64,000 nucleotides of DNA from a virus: the IMG/VR virus record IMGVR_UViG_3300042292_000979; one strand, written 5' to 3'. Positions 1-9,783 of the stretch are shown one piece after another. The position numbers and the translations under genes were made by a program. Below the pieces are notes generated by a model that was not told where the DNA came from, made no database searches, and worked only from the letters and a program-made list of their open reading frames with translations. Every line of letters begins with the position of its first letter. Position 1 is the stretch's first letter.

Positions 1-2
1 TT

Positions 3-1500
3 GAAGTTGCTGGCGATTCTGGAACAAGCAAGACAATCACTTCTGGTTCAGATACTCTCAGCATTTTGGGTGGTACGGGTTTAACATCTGTAACATCCAA
101 TACTGATACTGTCACGATTAATCTTGATAACACAGCTGTTACTGCTGGTTCCTATGGAAACGCAAGCACTGCAGCCAGCATCACTGTTGACGCACAAGGT
201 CGTTTGACTTCAGCTTCGCAAAATGCAATTAGCATTCTTGCCAGTCAAGTTTCAGACTTTGCCGCCAATACAAGAGCACAGATAAGCGTTTCTGGAGATC
301 TTGCTTACAACTCAAGCACTGGTGTAATTAGTTTCACAAATGACGCTGGAGATATCGAATCGGTTACAGCTGGCACTGGACTTACTGGTGGTGGCACCTC
401 TGGTGCAGTTACCCTCGACTTGGCTAACACGGCTGTCACTGCTGGCAACTACGGTTCTGCGGGTACTGTTGGAACCTTTACGGTTGATGCACAAGGTCGC
501 CTAACTGCTGCTGCTAACTCAACAATTTCAATTACCGCTTCGCAGATCAGCGACAAGGGTACAAACCTTGTTACTGGTTTAACTGGTACTGCAAATGAAA
601 TTGCGGTTTCTAATTCTGGCGTTGGTGCGGTAACATTAAGCCTTCCAGCCAACGTAACTATTTCAAATAACTTAGTTGTTACTGGAGACTTGACAGTTAG
701 TGGTAACACAACAACTGTTAACACAGAACAGTTGAACGTTGAAGATAATATTATTACATTAAATTCTGGCGTTACAGGTGCCCCAACATTAAACAGTGGC
801 ATAGAAGTCAATAGAGGAACATCAACAGATGTTTCAATTCTTTGGAATGAAACTACCGATAAATGGACATTCACAAATGATGGAACAAACTACGTTAACA
901 TTGCTAGCAATTCAGACATTGCAAACGTAGCAACAGCTTTTACGGTAGCTGGTGATAGTGGATCAAGCCAAACAATAACTTCGGGTACCGATACTTTAAC
1001 AATTTCGGGTGGCACTGGTTTGACATCTGTAGCTGGCGCAACAGATACAATCACTTTAAATCTTGATAACACTGCTGTAACAGCAGGATCATACGGAAAC
1101 GCAAGCACCGTACCTAATTATACGGTCGATGCACAGGGTCGTTTGACCGCAGCTGCAAATACTTCAATTAGCATTCTTGCAAGCCAAGTTTCGGACTTTT
1201 CCGCAAACACAAGAGCGCAAATAAGTGTTTCAGGCGACCTAGCTTATAACTCAAGTACTGGTGTGATCAGCTTCACAAATGATGCAGGTGACATTGAGTC
1301 GGTTACTGCAGGAACAGGATTGACTGGTGGTGGCACCTCTGGTGCAGTTACCGTTAGCCTGGCCTCAACAGCTGTAACAGCTGGTAGTTATGGTAGCTCG
1401 TCTTCCGTAGGAACATTCACCGTAGACGCTCAGGGACGCCTCACAGCAGCTTCTAACTCGTCTATCTCGATTACTGCCAGCCAGGTCTCAGACTTCACTG
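3..1500 (+). repeat. Two-copy duplicated module (~3-550 and ~945-1500) in the first fibre gene
   Basis: VAGDSG..TITSG.DTL.I.GGTGLTSV...ILASQVSDF.ANTRAQISVSGDLAYNSSTGVISFTNDAGDIESVTAGTGLTGGGTSGAVT occurs twice almost identically in protein, with synonymous divergence in DNA. Confidence 0.9.
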
Positions 1501-2000
1501 AGGCAGCTCAGGACGCTGTAGAAGGCGCGATAACGGCAGGTACGGGTGTAACCAAGGCCTATAACGACAGTGCTAATACAATCAGCCTCTCAATTGGCCA
1601 GGACGTTGCCACCAACGCAGCAGTTACCTTTGGTAGCGTAGCAACTGGAGCAATAACATTAGATTCTGGAACTGGTGAACTTAATACTTCAACTCAAGTA
1701 GTTACCGTGAACACGGTCACAACAGTTGATAGCTTTGATAAGACAGTTTACAGAACAGCTAAGTACCTTGTTCAAGTAACCCAGGGATCAAAGTACACAA
1801 CTTCTGAAGTTCTTTTGGCACACGACGGCACAGACTCCTTTATGTCGGAGTATGCAATAATTGAACTTGGCGCATCAAGAATACCAATGACTGTATCAAC
1901 TTCAATTTCTGGATCAAACGTATTGCTGAGAGTTACAATTACAGACGCCGCATCAACAAATGCAACAGTCAAGGTAGCAAGAACACTTATAGCAGTGTGA
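3..2000 (+). CDS. Tail fibre/virion structural protein with internal repeats (5' partial)
   Basis: Frame is open from position 3 (EVAGDSGTSKTITSGSDTLSILGGTG), so the true start lies before the window. Thr/Ser/Gly-rich with four TAVTAGxYG...TVDAQGRLT repeats. C-terminal DSFDKTVYRTAKYLVQV...SEVLLAHDG domain is typical of aquatic phage fibre proteins. Confidence 0.8.
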   Translation, partial: EVAGDSGTSKTITSGSDTLSILGGTGLTSVTSNTDTVTINLDNTAVTAGSYGNASTAASITVDAQGRLTSASQNAISILASQVSDFAANTRAQISVSGDLAYNSSTGVISFTNDAGDIESVTAGTGLTGGGTSGAVTLDLANTAVTAGNYGSAGTVGTFTVDAQGRLTAAANSTISITASQISDKGTNLVTGLTGTANEIAVSNSGVGAVTLSLPANVTISNNLVVTGDLTVSGNTTTVNTEQLNVEDNIITLNSGVTGAPTLNSGIEVNRGTSTDVSILWNETTDKWTFTNDGTNYVNIASNSDIANVATAFTVAGDSGSSQTITSGTDTLTISGGTGLTSVAGATDTITLNLDNTAVTAGSYGNASTVPNYTVDAQGRLTAAANTSISILASQVSDFSANTRAQISVSGDLAYNSSTGVISFTNDAGDIESVTAGTGLTGGGTSGAVTVSLASTAVTAGSYGSSSSVGTFTVDAQGRLTAASNSSISITASQVSDFTEAAQDAVEGAITAGTGVTKAYNDSANTISLSIGQDVATNAAVTFGSVATGAITLDSGTGELNTSTQVVTVNTVTTVDSFDKTVYRTAKYLVQVTQGSKYTTSEVLLAHDGTDSFMSEYAIIELGASRIPMTVSTSISGSNVLLRVTITDAASTNATVKVARTLIAV

Positions 2001-2006
2001 TATAAT
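1998..2006 (+). promoter_or_regulatory. Extended -10 element TGATATAAT
   Basis: Perfect TGnTATAAT in an AT-rich gap upstream of the gene at 2053. Confidence 0.5.
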
Positions 2007-2052
2007 AGTAATTAAGTTTTAAAATATAAAACTAGAGGGACAGTGAACTTTA

Positions 2053-3873
2053 GTGGCGAATAAAGACTTTGTAGTCAAGAACAGCTTAATCGTTGGCGAC
2101 ACCGCTACGATCAATGGCGTACAAATTGATCTTTCTAACGCCACTTCTGGTCAAGTTCTAAAATTTGATGGATCTAAATTTGCTCCCGTTACTCTTTCTG
2201 ATGGCCCAGTAAGTGTTTCTTACGAGGAAACAATAGGAAATAATAGTTCTACCTCTTTTACTATCACGCACAATCTTGGAACTAAAGATTTAAATGTAAT
2301 TGTTAGAGAAAACACTAACCCATATGATGTTGTTGAAGTAGCCTGGGAAGCAACAACTACAAATATAGTTACTTTAAATTTTGAACTAGCACCAACTACA
2401 AGCTCTAAACGAGTAATAATCAAAGGTCCAGGAGCAAAAGAATTTTATTCAACGTTAATAGGCGATGGATCAAGTTCTACAATAGTTATAAATCATGGCT
2501 TGGGCTCTAGAAACATAGTTCCAGTTCTAAAAAATGCTGATTCTCCATTTGAAGTAGTTGATGTATTGAGTTCTGCAACAAGTTTGAATTCAGTAACTTT
2601 TGATTTTTCAGATGCCCCAGAAGCTGAATCACTTATTGCATCTGTTTATTTATTAGATTTAGATAATTCTTATATCTCAACAATTGGAGATGGAACTAAT
2701 AATCAATTTACAATAACTCATAATTTAAACACTAGAGACATTGGCGTAATATGTAGATCTGTAGTTAGCCCATATGATTTTACTTCAGTAAGATGGGAAG
2801 CAACTACTGTCAATACGGCTAAGGTCATTTTTTCTTCTCCTCCAACAACAAATTCTAGAAAAATTGGAATATACAAAGCGCTAGGTGGAAGCAAATTCAT
2901 TAATGACGAAGTAACTTTAGAAATGCTAGATGATGTTTCTATTACTTCAGCTTCAAATGGTCAATTTTTAAGCTGGAATGGAACAAATTGGGTGAACTCC
3001 AATGCTCCAGGTGGAGCAAGCATAAATTCACTTGATGACATACCAGGTGTTACCATATCATCTCCATTAAGCAATGAAGTTCTTCAATGGAATGGAACAG
3101 CTTGGATTAATGCTTCCGGCTATGCCACACTTGCTTCACCAACCTTCACGGGGAATGTTTCTGGCATAACAAAGACTATGGTTGGCCTTGGTTCTGTCGA
3201 TAATACAGCGGACACAGCCAAGCCGGTATCCATCGCTCAACAAACTGCTCTCGACTTGAAAGCAAATATTGCAAGTCCAACATTTACTGGGAATGTCAGT
3301 GGTATTTCTGCAACGATGGTTGGTTTAGGAAACGTTAATAACACTGCAGATACAGCAAAGCCAGTTTCTACGGCACAGCAAACTGCTCTTGATCTCAAAG
3401 CAAACTTAGATTCACCAGCACTTACAGGAACACCAACTGCTCCTACGGCAACAGTAGCAACCAATACGACACAAATTGCAACTACTGCGTTTGTTCGAGC
3501 AGAAGTCGCCGCACTTGTCAATAGTGCTGGTTCAACACTTGATACACTTGGTGAAATTGCCACCGCACTTGGAAACGACGCGAACCTTTCTACGACACTA
3601 ACAACTAGCATCGGTCTAAAAGCACCACTTGCAAGTCCTACATTTACGGGCACTGTAACTATTCCTGAAGGTGCTTCCATTTCTGGATTTGCGCCACTTG
3701 CAAATGCAACTTTTACTGGCACCGTTACACTACCTTCAGACACATCTATTGGTAATGTCAGTGCAACAGAAATTGGATATGTAGACGGTGTAACATCTGC
3801 AATTCAAACACAATTAAATACAAAAGCTTCAACAGGAAAAGCTATTGCAATGGCAATAGTATTCGGAGGATAA
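2053..3873 (+). CDS. Tail fibre protein
   Basis: Three N-terminal IG(D/N)....I.H.L..(R/K) repeats; L.WNGT.W.N repeats; C-terminal LASPTFTG, VDNTAD.AKPVS, TNTTQIATTAFV and LDTLGEIA fibre motifs. Confidence 0.8.
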   Translation: MANKDFVVKNSLIVGDTATINGVQIDLSNATSGQVLKFDGSKFAPVTLSDGPVSVSYEETIGNNSSTSFTITHNLGTKDLNVIVRENTNPYDVVEVAWEATTTNIVTLNFELAPTTSSKRVIIKGPGAKEFYSTLIGDGSSSTIVINHGLGSRNIVPVLKNADSPFEVVDVLSSATSLNSVTFDFSDAPEAESLIASVYLLDLDNSYISTIGDGTNNQFTITHNLNTRDIGVICRSVVSPYDFTSVRWEATTVNTAKVIFSSPPTTNSRKIGIYKALGGSKFINDEVTLEMLDDVSITSASNGQFLSWNGTNWVNSNAPGGASINSLDDIPGVTISSPLSNEVLQWNGTAWINASGYATLASPTFTGNVSGITKTMVGLGSVDNTADTAKPVSIAQQTALDLKANIASPTFTGNVSGISATMVGLGNVNNTADTAKPVSTAQQTALDLKANLDSPALTGTPTAPTATVATNTTQIATTAFVRAEVAALVNSAGSTLDTLGEIATALGNDANLSTTLTTSIGLKAPLASPTFTGTVTIPEGASISGFAPLANATFTGTVTLPSDTSIGNVSATEIGYVDGVTSAIQTQLNTKASTGKAIAMAIVFGG

Positions 3874-3874
3874 A

Positions 3875-4228
3875 ATGGCAGCGCCAAATATAGTTAACGT
3901 TACAACAATCACTGGTAAGACAGCAGTTCTTGCTGTCACGACTACAGCTACGGCAATTGTCACTAACTCTGGTTCTTCTGGTAAGGTATTTAAAGTTAAC
4001 GCCCTGTATGTTTCTAACGTGGATGGTACAAGTGCGGCTGATATTGATGTTGAGTTGCGCCGCAGTTCTACTTCGTACAGAATTGCTAGAACAGTGAGCA
4101 TTCCTGCGGATGCGACACTTGATGTAATTAGCAAGTCTATTTATTTGGAAGAAGGCGACGAACTTCGTCTTATTGCTTCTGCGAACTCTGACCTTGAAGC
4201 TGTTTGTAGTTATGAGGAAATTTCGTAA
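3875..4228 (+). CDS. Small virion structural protein (fibre-associated)
   Basis: 117 aa, beta-rich, MAAPNIVNVTTITGKT...IYLEEGD...SYEEIS type commonly found next to fibre genes; starts 1 nt after the upstream stop. Confidence 0.65.
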   Translation: MAAPNIVNVTTITGKTAVLAVTTTATAIVTNSGSSGKVFKVNALYVSNVDGTSAADIDVELRRSSTSYRIARTVSIPADATLDVISKSIYLEEGDELRLIASANSDLEAVCSYEEIS

Positions 4229-4229
4229 T

Positions 4230-5108
4230 ATGGCTAAGAGAAACGCAGGTCTGATCGGAGGAAAGAAGGTTATAACACCTTATTCCCTTTCTGGCATATG
4301 GACTCTCCAAGACGCACAGCAAGAAAAAGGAGCGGCTAACTGGAATACTCCTGACGGATCTACTGAAATTTTAGCAGCAAGAAGCGCTTACTACCTAAAA
4401 ACAGTAATAGGTCAAAATACAAATGGTTATTACTGGATAAAACCCACAGGTGCTTCTTATGCTAGACAAGTTTGGTGTGATATGACGACTAGCGGTGGTG
4501 GGTGGATGCTCATGTCATATTGTGGAGCAGCGCATACCAGTGGCACTCATGTCAAAGATGCATACACAGGTTCAGCCTTTAATGCCTCTTCTTCAACTCT
4601 GTCAGCTTCAAATGGTACATCAGGGACAGCAGCTAATTTAGGCCAAGAATTTATCAATTTTTGTGTTGTAGCAGGAAGAGGAAGAGGTGTAGCCTCTTTT
4701 AGAATGGCAGGCACAACAAATTATTATTTTACAGTAAACAGTACAGCCTCTTGGCTACCCTTGATAGATCGTAGCACGTCGCAACCAAGCGCAGGAGCAA
4801 TAACATTTAATACCACAAACAGAGCAAGGGCAGGTAATGACTGGCTAAAGACTACTTACACAGGATACTCTGCAGATTCAGCAAACTATAACACAGGCAC
4901 ACTAAGTTCTCCCTCAGTCATGGGATTAGATGGATGGAATACACTTCCAGGTAACTTCAACGGTCTTGGAGCCAACTGGGGTTATTCTATAAGTCAGTAC
5001 TACCAAACGGACGGCATTACAGAAGCAAACTATTCAACATGGCCTTCAAGCCATCACTCTGGATGGAGTTCATCAGGTTATTTTTGGTTAAAGATAGGTA
5101 GTGAATAA
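4230..5108 (+). CDS. Fibrinogen C-terminal-like domain virion protein (candidate receptor-binding protein)
   Basis: ATG at 4230 follows the upstream TAA by 1 nt. NGYYWIKP...VWCDMTTSGGGWML is the fibrinogen-C N-terminal signature. Confidence 0.7.
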   Translation: MAKRNAGLIGGKKVITPYSLSGIWTLQDAQQEKGAANWNTPDGSTEILAARSAYYLKTVIGQNTNGYYWIKPTGASYARQVWCDMTTSGGGWMLMSYCGAAHTSGTHVKDAYTGSAFNASSSTLSASNGTSGTAANLGQEFINFCVVAGRGRGVASFRMAGTTNYYFTVNSTASWLPLIDRSTSQPSAGAITFNTTNRARAGNDWLKTTYTGYSADSANYNTGTLSSPSVMGLDGWNTLPGNFNGLGANWGYSISQYYQTDGITEANYSTWPSSHHSGWSSSGYFWLKIGSE

Positions 5109-5212
5109 AAATATAACTTCTTATTATTAAAATAGACATTGAACTTGACAACTGATTGTATATAAACTAATATTTTTATATGCCTGTAGAAAATATTAAA
5201 CTATAGTAAGTT

Positions 5213-5977
5213 ATGGTTCATAATGAAAAAATAGTGTCGCATTTAACCATAAATGGTTTCACTATTAATCCAATAAAAGATATACATTGTTTTACTACTT
5301 TAATAAATTCACTATGCACCATTTATGACAAAGAGCATGAGTGTGACCACAAAATAGGTGTTATGCATGAAAATTATTTGGGCAAACAAGTTGGTGAACC
5401 ATCCATTTCTTATATTGAAAATGAATCCTTTAAAGGATTAATCGGTTTTACAGTTTTAGAAAATGGTTATTTTGTAATAAAAATTTGGGATAATATTTAT
5501 CCAGCAGAAATTCAATTTGATTTATATTTAGATGAAAAAATAAAAGATTGTGATTTAATAATAGATCATCTTTCTTGTCCAGCTCAACCCTATGATGGAA
5601 TGGGTCTTTTTAATATAACATACTCTTTAAATAATTGTATAAAAAGTAAAACATTTATTTCTAAAAATAATAATCAAATACCACCATATTATGTTAACCA
5701 GCCTTTTAATATAGAAGAACTTAATGAAAAAAAAGAAAATTATTATGTCACATTAAATCAATTAAAGGAAATTGAATGTCACTTTTGCAACGAACAAGCA
5801 ACTAATTTAATTTTTATAGGAATACCCAAAAAAATTGCCGCAGTGTGTAAAATGCATTTAAACATTGGCTCACCTAGAGAAGGTGGCGGCGATAATAATA
5901 ATGATAATTCACCTTTAGATAAAAGACACATGCAGAATCGTAATTTGACTTGGACAAAAAAAAAGTATAGAATATAA
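5213..5977 (+). CDS. Degenerate S-adenosylmethionine decarboxylase-like protein with C-terminal Cys/His cluster
   Basis: HLTING...GLIGFTVLENGYFVIKIWDNIYPAEIQFDLY resembles the phage SpeD core (G.T....E(T)SH..H.W.......D.Y) but lacks the Ser-His. C-terminal CHFC...CKMH. Very AT-rich. Confidence 0.4.
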   Translation: MVHNEKIVSHLTINGFTINPIKDIHCFTTLINSLCTIYDKEHECDHKIGVMHENYLGKQVGEPSISYIENESFKGLIGFTVLENGYFVIKIWDNIYPAEIQFDLYLDEKIKDCDLIIDHLSCPAQPYDGMGLFNITYSLNNCIKSKTFISKNNNQIPPYYVNQPFNIEELNEKKENYYVTLNQLKEIECHFCNEQATNLIFIGIPKKIAAVCKMHLNIGSPREGGGDNNNDNSPLDKRHMQNRNLTWTKKKYRI

Positions 5978-5980
5978 ACT

Positions 5981-6787
5981 ATGCCTGTAGAAGAACAACC
6001 AATAAACATAACAATATCCAAAGAACAACTTGAGAACTGGCACGTTTTTTTTGCCCTTCCATGTTACGACTCTCATGTAACTGAACCTTTCATGATGAGC
6101 TTCCTGCAAACAGCTCTTTATTTTAAAGAGATTGGTTTAAAGTATTCAGTCTGCACAATTTCAGATTCTTTGATTAACCGCGCAAGAAATAACCTTGTTG
6201 CTAAGTTCATGGGAAATCCAGATTATACTCATATGATATTTATTGACGTAGATCTTCAGTTTGATAAAGAATCAGTTTTAAAACTTTTATGGCATGATAA
6301 AGACGTCATGACTGCATCATATCCAATTAAAGAAATAAGCTGGGATAAAGTAAAAGAAGCTGCACAAGCAGATCTTCCAGCTAGTGATTTAATGGAGTAT
6401 TCCACTAGGTACGTGGTGCATATGACAAAGCCGGGAGAAAATCAATTAAATATTGATAATGGTGCAATCGAATGCTATGAAGCCGGAACTGGTTTTATGT
6501 TAATGAAGCGTCAAGTATTTGATAAGATGTTTAAAAAGTACAAAAAGCTTAAATACACCGATGATACTGGAGCCCTAACTGGATTAGAAAGAGAAAACTC
6601 TTATGCTCTTTTTAACTCGTATGTAGATGATGATGGCAGATTCTTGTCTGAGGATTATGGTTTTTGCAGATATTGGCAAAAAATGGGTGGAAAGATTTGG
6701 GTTGACCCAACTATTAATTTAACTCACTTTGGCCGCATAAAATACACTGGAAAAATGTTAGATTTTTTAAAGAGAATAACACAATAA
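5981..6787 (+). CDS. GT-A fold glycosyltransferase-like protein
   Basis: SLINRARNNLV, THMIFIDVD (DxD), GTGFMLMKR, LSEDYGFC, GKIWVDP..L.H.G motifs. Confidence 0.8.
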   Translation: MPVEEQPINITISKEQLENWHVFFALPCYDSHVTEPFMMSFLQTALYFKEIGLKYSVCTISDSLINRARNNLVAKFMGNPDYTHMIFIDVDLQFDKESVLKLLWHDKDVMTASYPIKEISWDKVKEAAQADLPASDLMEYSTRYVVHMTKPGENQLNIDNGAIECYEAGTGFMLMKRQVFDKMFKKYKKLKYTDDTGALTGLERENSYALFNSYVDDDGRFLSEDYGFCRYWQKMGGKIWVDPTINLTHFGRIKYTGKMLDFLKRITQ

Positions 6788-6801
6788 TTTTCTAATTACT
6801 T

Positions 6802-6812
6802 CATTACTATAT
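6802..6812 (+). promoter_or_regulatory. CATTACTATAT motif (candidate late promoter)
   Basis: Identical 11-mer in intergenic gaps at 6802, 14287 and 18946. Confidence 0.55.
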
Positions 6813-6846
6813 TCTTAGTCGTTTAAAGTATCACACTAGGAGAAAC

Positions 6847-8676
6847 ATGGCCCGCTTAAGAATTGAAACCGCCCCTGAAATTACAGTTTTTGATGAAGCC
6901 TTTATAGTTAAAGCAGCTGCTAATGCTACAGCGCCTTTAATTCAATTTCAGAACGCATCAGGAAACGTAGGCAACATATCAGCAAGTGGAGTTTTAACGG
7001 TAGCTTCAGTCATTGCACAAAGTGCAGGAACAAGCTCTACAGACTTAGCCACAAGAGGTTATGTTGAATCATTAGCTGCTGGTATTAACTGGCATGAAGG
7101 AGTTGCTGCAGCTACAACAACCGCTTTGCCATCATGTGTTTATGGAAATGGAACAGCAGGAGTTGAGGCATATCTTGAGGCTTCGGTAAATGGTGCTTTC
7201 CCAACCATAGACGGTATAACCGTAGAAAGTCTTTGGCGTGTTTTAGTAAAAAATCAAGCAGATGCTAAGCAGAATGGTATTTATCAACTGTACACAGTAG
7301 GTGGTGCATCCACAAAATGGAAACTAGTACGTAGCGGTGATGCAAATAACAGCATAGCAGGACAGGTAGCACCTGGAGATTCTGTATACGTTTTATCCGG
7401 AACTACAAATGCTAATTCCGGTTTTGCTTTGACGTCTATCGGTACTGGAACCAATAGAGCAATAATCATTGGAACCGACAATATAACTTGGACACTTTTT
7501 GCTGGAGCTCAAACAGTTCTGGCAGGTAACGGAATAGTTAAAACAGATCAAACATATAGCGTAGTAGCTGAACCAAGTGCAGGAATCTCAGTCACTTCTA
7601 ATGGAGTAGCTTTATCTACAGTAGCCGCAAACACTAGTTCTGGTGCAAATACTACTTCTTTCCTTAGTAATGTATCAGTAGATGCTTATGGAAGGGTTAC
7701 AAATAAAGAGTTTTCAACCGTGTCATTTGCTGGATTTGCACCACTTGCAAATGCAACTTTTACTGGCACTATCACCCTACCTTCAACTACCGCCATTGGT
7801 AATGTTACTGCAACAGAAATCGGATACGTAGATGGTGTTACTAGCGCAATTCAAACTCAGATAGACCTTAAGGCGCCTCTTGCTAATCCTACGTTCACGG
7901 GAACTGTTGCGGGTATTACAAAATCAATGATCAGTCTTGGAAACGTCGATGATACCGCAGACAGCGCAAAGCCAGTTTCTACCGCACAACAAACAGCGTT
8001 AGATCTAAAAGCTAATATAGCTTCACCAGCCTTAACAGGAACCCCAACTGCACCAACAGCGAATGTTGCAACAAATACAACTCAGATTGCTACTACAGCA
8101 TTTGTTCGAGCAGAAGTTGCAGCACTTGTTAATAGTGCTCCAGGGACACTTGATACTCTAGGCGAGATAGCAACTTCACTTGCTAACAATGCCTCTTTGT
8201 CAACTACGTTAACTGATGCAATTGCACTTAAGGCGCCGTTAGCTGGTCCAACGTTCACTGGAACTGTAACACTACCTGCTAATACGGTAACAAGTGCAAT
8301 GATCGCAGAAGGAACAATCGTTAATGCCGATATATCAGCAACTGCTGCAATTGAGCAGAATAAGATTGCAGATACAATCTTAAATCAACAAGCAGCAAGC
8401 TATACACTTGTATTAGCTGATAAAAATAAAATGGTTGAAATAAGCAACGCTTCAGCCAATACCTTAACGGTTCCGCCTAACTCTTCAGTAGCCTTTCCTA
8501 TAGGTTCAACTATTACAATTTTACAAACTGGAGCAGGTCAATGCACATTGACAGCTGGTGCTGGAGTAACGGTTAACGGAACTCCAGGACTTAAGTTGCG
8601 TACAACTTGGTCGTCTGCTACACTTATTAAGCGCGCAACTGATACATGGGTTGCCCTAGGAGATATGGTAGCATAA
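6847..8676 (+). CDS. Tail fibre protein
   Basis: RVLVKNQ.D.KQNGIY domain, modules shared with 2053..3873, and a C-terminal YTLVLAD.NK.VE...FPIG..I.ILQTGAGQ...LIKRATDTWVALGD domain. Confidence 0.85.
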   Translation: MARLRIETAPEITVFDEAFIVKAAANATAPLIQFQNASGNVGNISASGVLTVASVIAQSAGTSSTDLATRGYVESLAAGINWHEGVAAATTTALPSCVYGNGTAGVEAYLEASVNGAFPTIDGITVESLWRVLVKNQADAKQNGIYQLYTVGGASTKWKLVRSGDANNSIAGQVAPGDSVYVLSGTTNANSGFALTSIGTGTNRAIIIGTDNITWTLFAGAQTVLAGNGIVKTDQTYSVVAEPSAGISVTSNGVALSTVAANTSSGANTTSFLSNVSVDAYGRVTNKEFSTVSFAGFAPLANATFTGTITLPSTTAIGNVTATEIGYVDGVTSAIQTQIDLKAPLANPTFTGTVAGITKSMISLGNVDDTADSAKPVSTAQQTALDLKANIASPALTGTPTAPTANVATNTTQIATTAFVRAEVAALVNSAPGTLDTLGEIATSLANNASLSTTLTDAIALKAPLAGPTFTGTVTLPANTVTSAMIAEGTIVNADISATAAIEQNKIADTILNQQAASYTLVLADKNKMVEISNASANTLTVPPNSSVAFPIGSTITILQTGAGQCTLTAGAGVTVNGTPGLKLRTTWSSATLIKRATDTWVALGDMVA

Positions 8677-8677
8677 C

Positions 8678-9065
8678 ATGACAGTTAACAACAATGAAGG
8701 TCCAAAGTCTAAAAGAAAAAGAGCTAAGCCTACAATAGCTGCACGGAACCGCTAAGGCTACAGCCAATACTACAATCACTAATGCTGGCTTTGTTGTTGG
8801 TTCAGTAACTACAACACCAACGCAAACAGCAGGTTTAAACGATGTTGTAACTCCAGCTCTTACCGACGAGACAGTAACTCTTCTAGGAACAGCTATCAAC
8901 TATACTGTTGGAGCTTTTTCTCCACCAACATTTTTTGGTCCTCCAGCGTTCTTTTCTCCTCCGGGATTCTTTGCTCCTCCGGGATTCTTTGGTCCTCCGG
9001 GATTCTTTTCTCCTCCGGGATTCTTTGGTCCTCCGGGATTCTTTGCTCCTCCAGCTTTTAAATAA
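8678..9065 (+). CDS. 128-aa protein with weak PASTA-like segment and C-terminal FFxPPx repeats; needs +1 recoding at CGGA 8744
   Basis: Missing from the ORF track. ATG 8678 is 1 nt after the upstream stop; codon 23 is CGG and TAA follows at 8753. The +1 frame from 8745 (GTAKATANTTITNAGFVVGSVTT...) is open to TAA 9065 with no start codon of its own. Confidence 0.75.
8744..8747 (+). other. Recoding site 1: GCA CGGA ACC
   Basis: The +1 frame is closed by TAG at 8736 and the 0 frame by TAA at 8753; the ~15-nt shift window contains CGGA and no homopolymer. Confidence 0.8.
8913..9059 (+). repeat. 18-bp tandem repeat x8 encoding F-F-[SGA]-P-P-[GAT]
   Basis: TTCTTT(tct/gct/ggt)CCTCCGGGA units; translation AFSPPTFFGPPAFFSPPGFFAPPGFFGPPGFFSPPGFFGPPGFFAPPAFK. 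Confidence 0.95.
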
Positions 9066-9067
9066 AG

Positions 9068-9709
9068 CTAAAAAGATTTAACAGCGTAAAAAGCTGGAAT
9101 AACCCATCTAGTTCCAGATAATACTGGAGTTACTCCGTGAATATAATTCACGTCTCCCGGATGAGAAACGGCCATACCAGCTACTGGTCTTAGCTTCTTT
9201 TTATGTTGAGTGTAGAATAGTTCTCCGCCAATGTAATCATCATTAATGTAAAATAATGAATTAATATCATAGTCAGGAAAAGCATTAGGTCTTCCATCCT
9301 GCAGCTGTTTGTCAGCATGTGCTATCTGAAAATCTCCTGGTCTCCAGCAAACAATTACGGGTGGTCTTTTCTCGACAAAACAATTGTAATTTTTATTTAT
9401 TTTTTCAGTCATTTTATCTATATAAAAATCAATTAAGTCATAGATGTCTCTATCTAGTTTTTTTACTATATAGGAACTACAAGTTCTATTCAACCAAACA
9501 TCAGCACCATATTTAATGGTACCATCCTCATGGTATTCACTTTCTTTTGAATTATCCCATTCATCTATTTTTTTTACAAAATTTTGTAGAGACAACAAAT
9601 CTGTTTCATCAATAAAATTTTCTATAATTTTGATATTATCAGGAGAGTCTCCAAATGTTCCAGGTAAAACCTTCCAAGGTTTTTCTTCAGTTATCTGTTC
9701 ATTGAACAT
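9068..9709 (-). CDS. 2OG-Fe(II) oxygenase, prolyl-4-hydroxylase-like
   Basis: HAD...FYINDDYIGGEL...HGV..V.SG.R motifs. Start reassigned to ATG 9709 (AGAAGG RBS upstream). The only credible minus-strand gene. Confidence 0.85.
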   Translation of the reverse strand: MFNEQITEEKPWKVLPGTFGDSPDNIKIIENFIDETDLLSLQNFVKKIDEWDNSKESEYHEDGTIKYGADVWLNRTCSSYIVKKLDRDIYDLIDFYIDKMTEKINKNYNCFVEKRPPVIVCWRPGDFQIAHADKQLQDGRPNAFPDYDINSLFYINDDYIGGELFYTQHKKKLRPVAGMAVSHPGDVNYIHGVTPVLSGTRWVIPAFYAVKSF

Positions 9710-9729
9710 GAGCACCTTCTTAAGCGTTG

Positions 9730-9759
9730 TGGTATACTGAGATATATAAAAGTATACCA
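9730..9759. promoter_or_regulatory. Face-to-face extended -10 pair (TGGTATACT on both strands)
   Basis: TGGTATACT (9730-9738, +) and AGTATACCA (9751-9759, -) form an inverted repeat between the two divergent oxygenase genes. Confidence 0.5.
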
Positions 9760-9783
9760 TACTAAGAAAGTAAAGGTAGTCCT

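Noticed and set aside
2053-8676. Diversity-generating retroelement TR/VR pair
   Set aside because: The repeats are coding in both copies, differences are mostly synonymous rather than adenine-specific, and no reverse transcriptase is present in the window.
8913-9059. CRISPR array
   Set aside because: The 18-bp units are directly tandem with no unique spacers and encode an in-frame peptide repeat.
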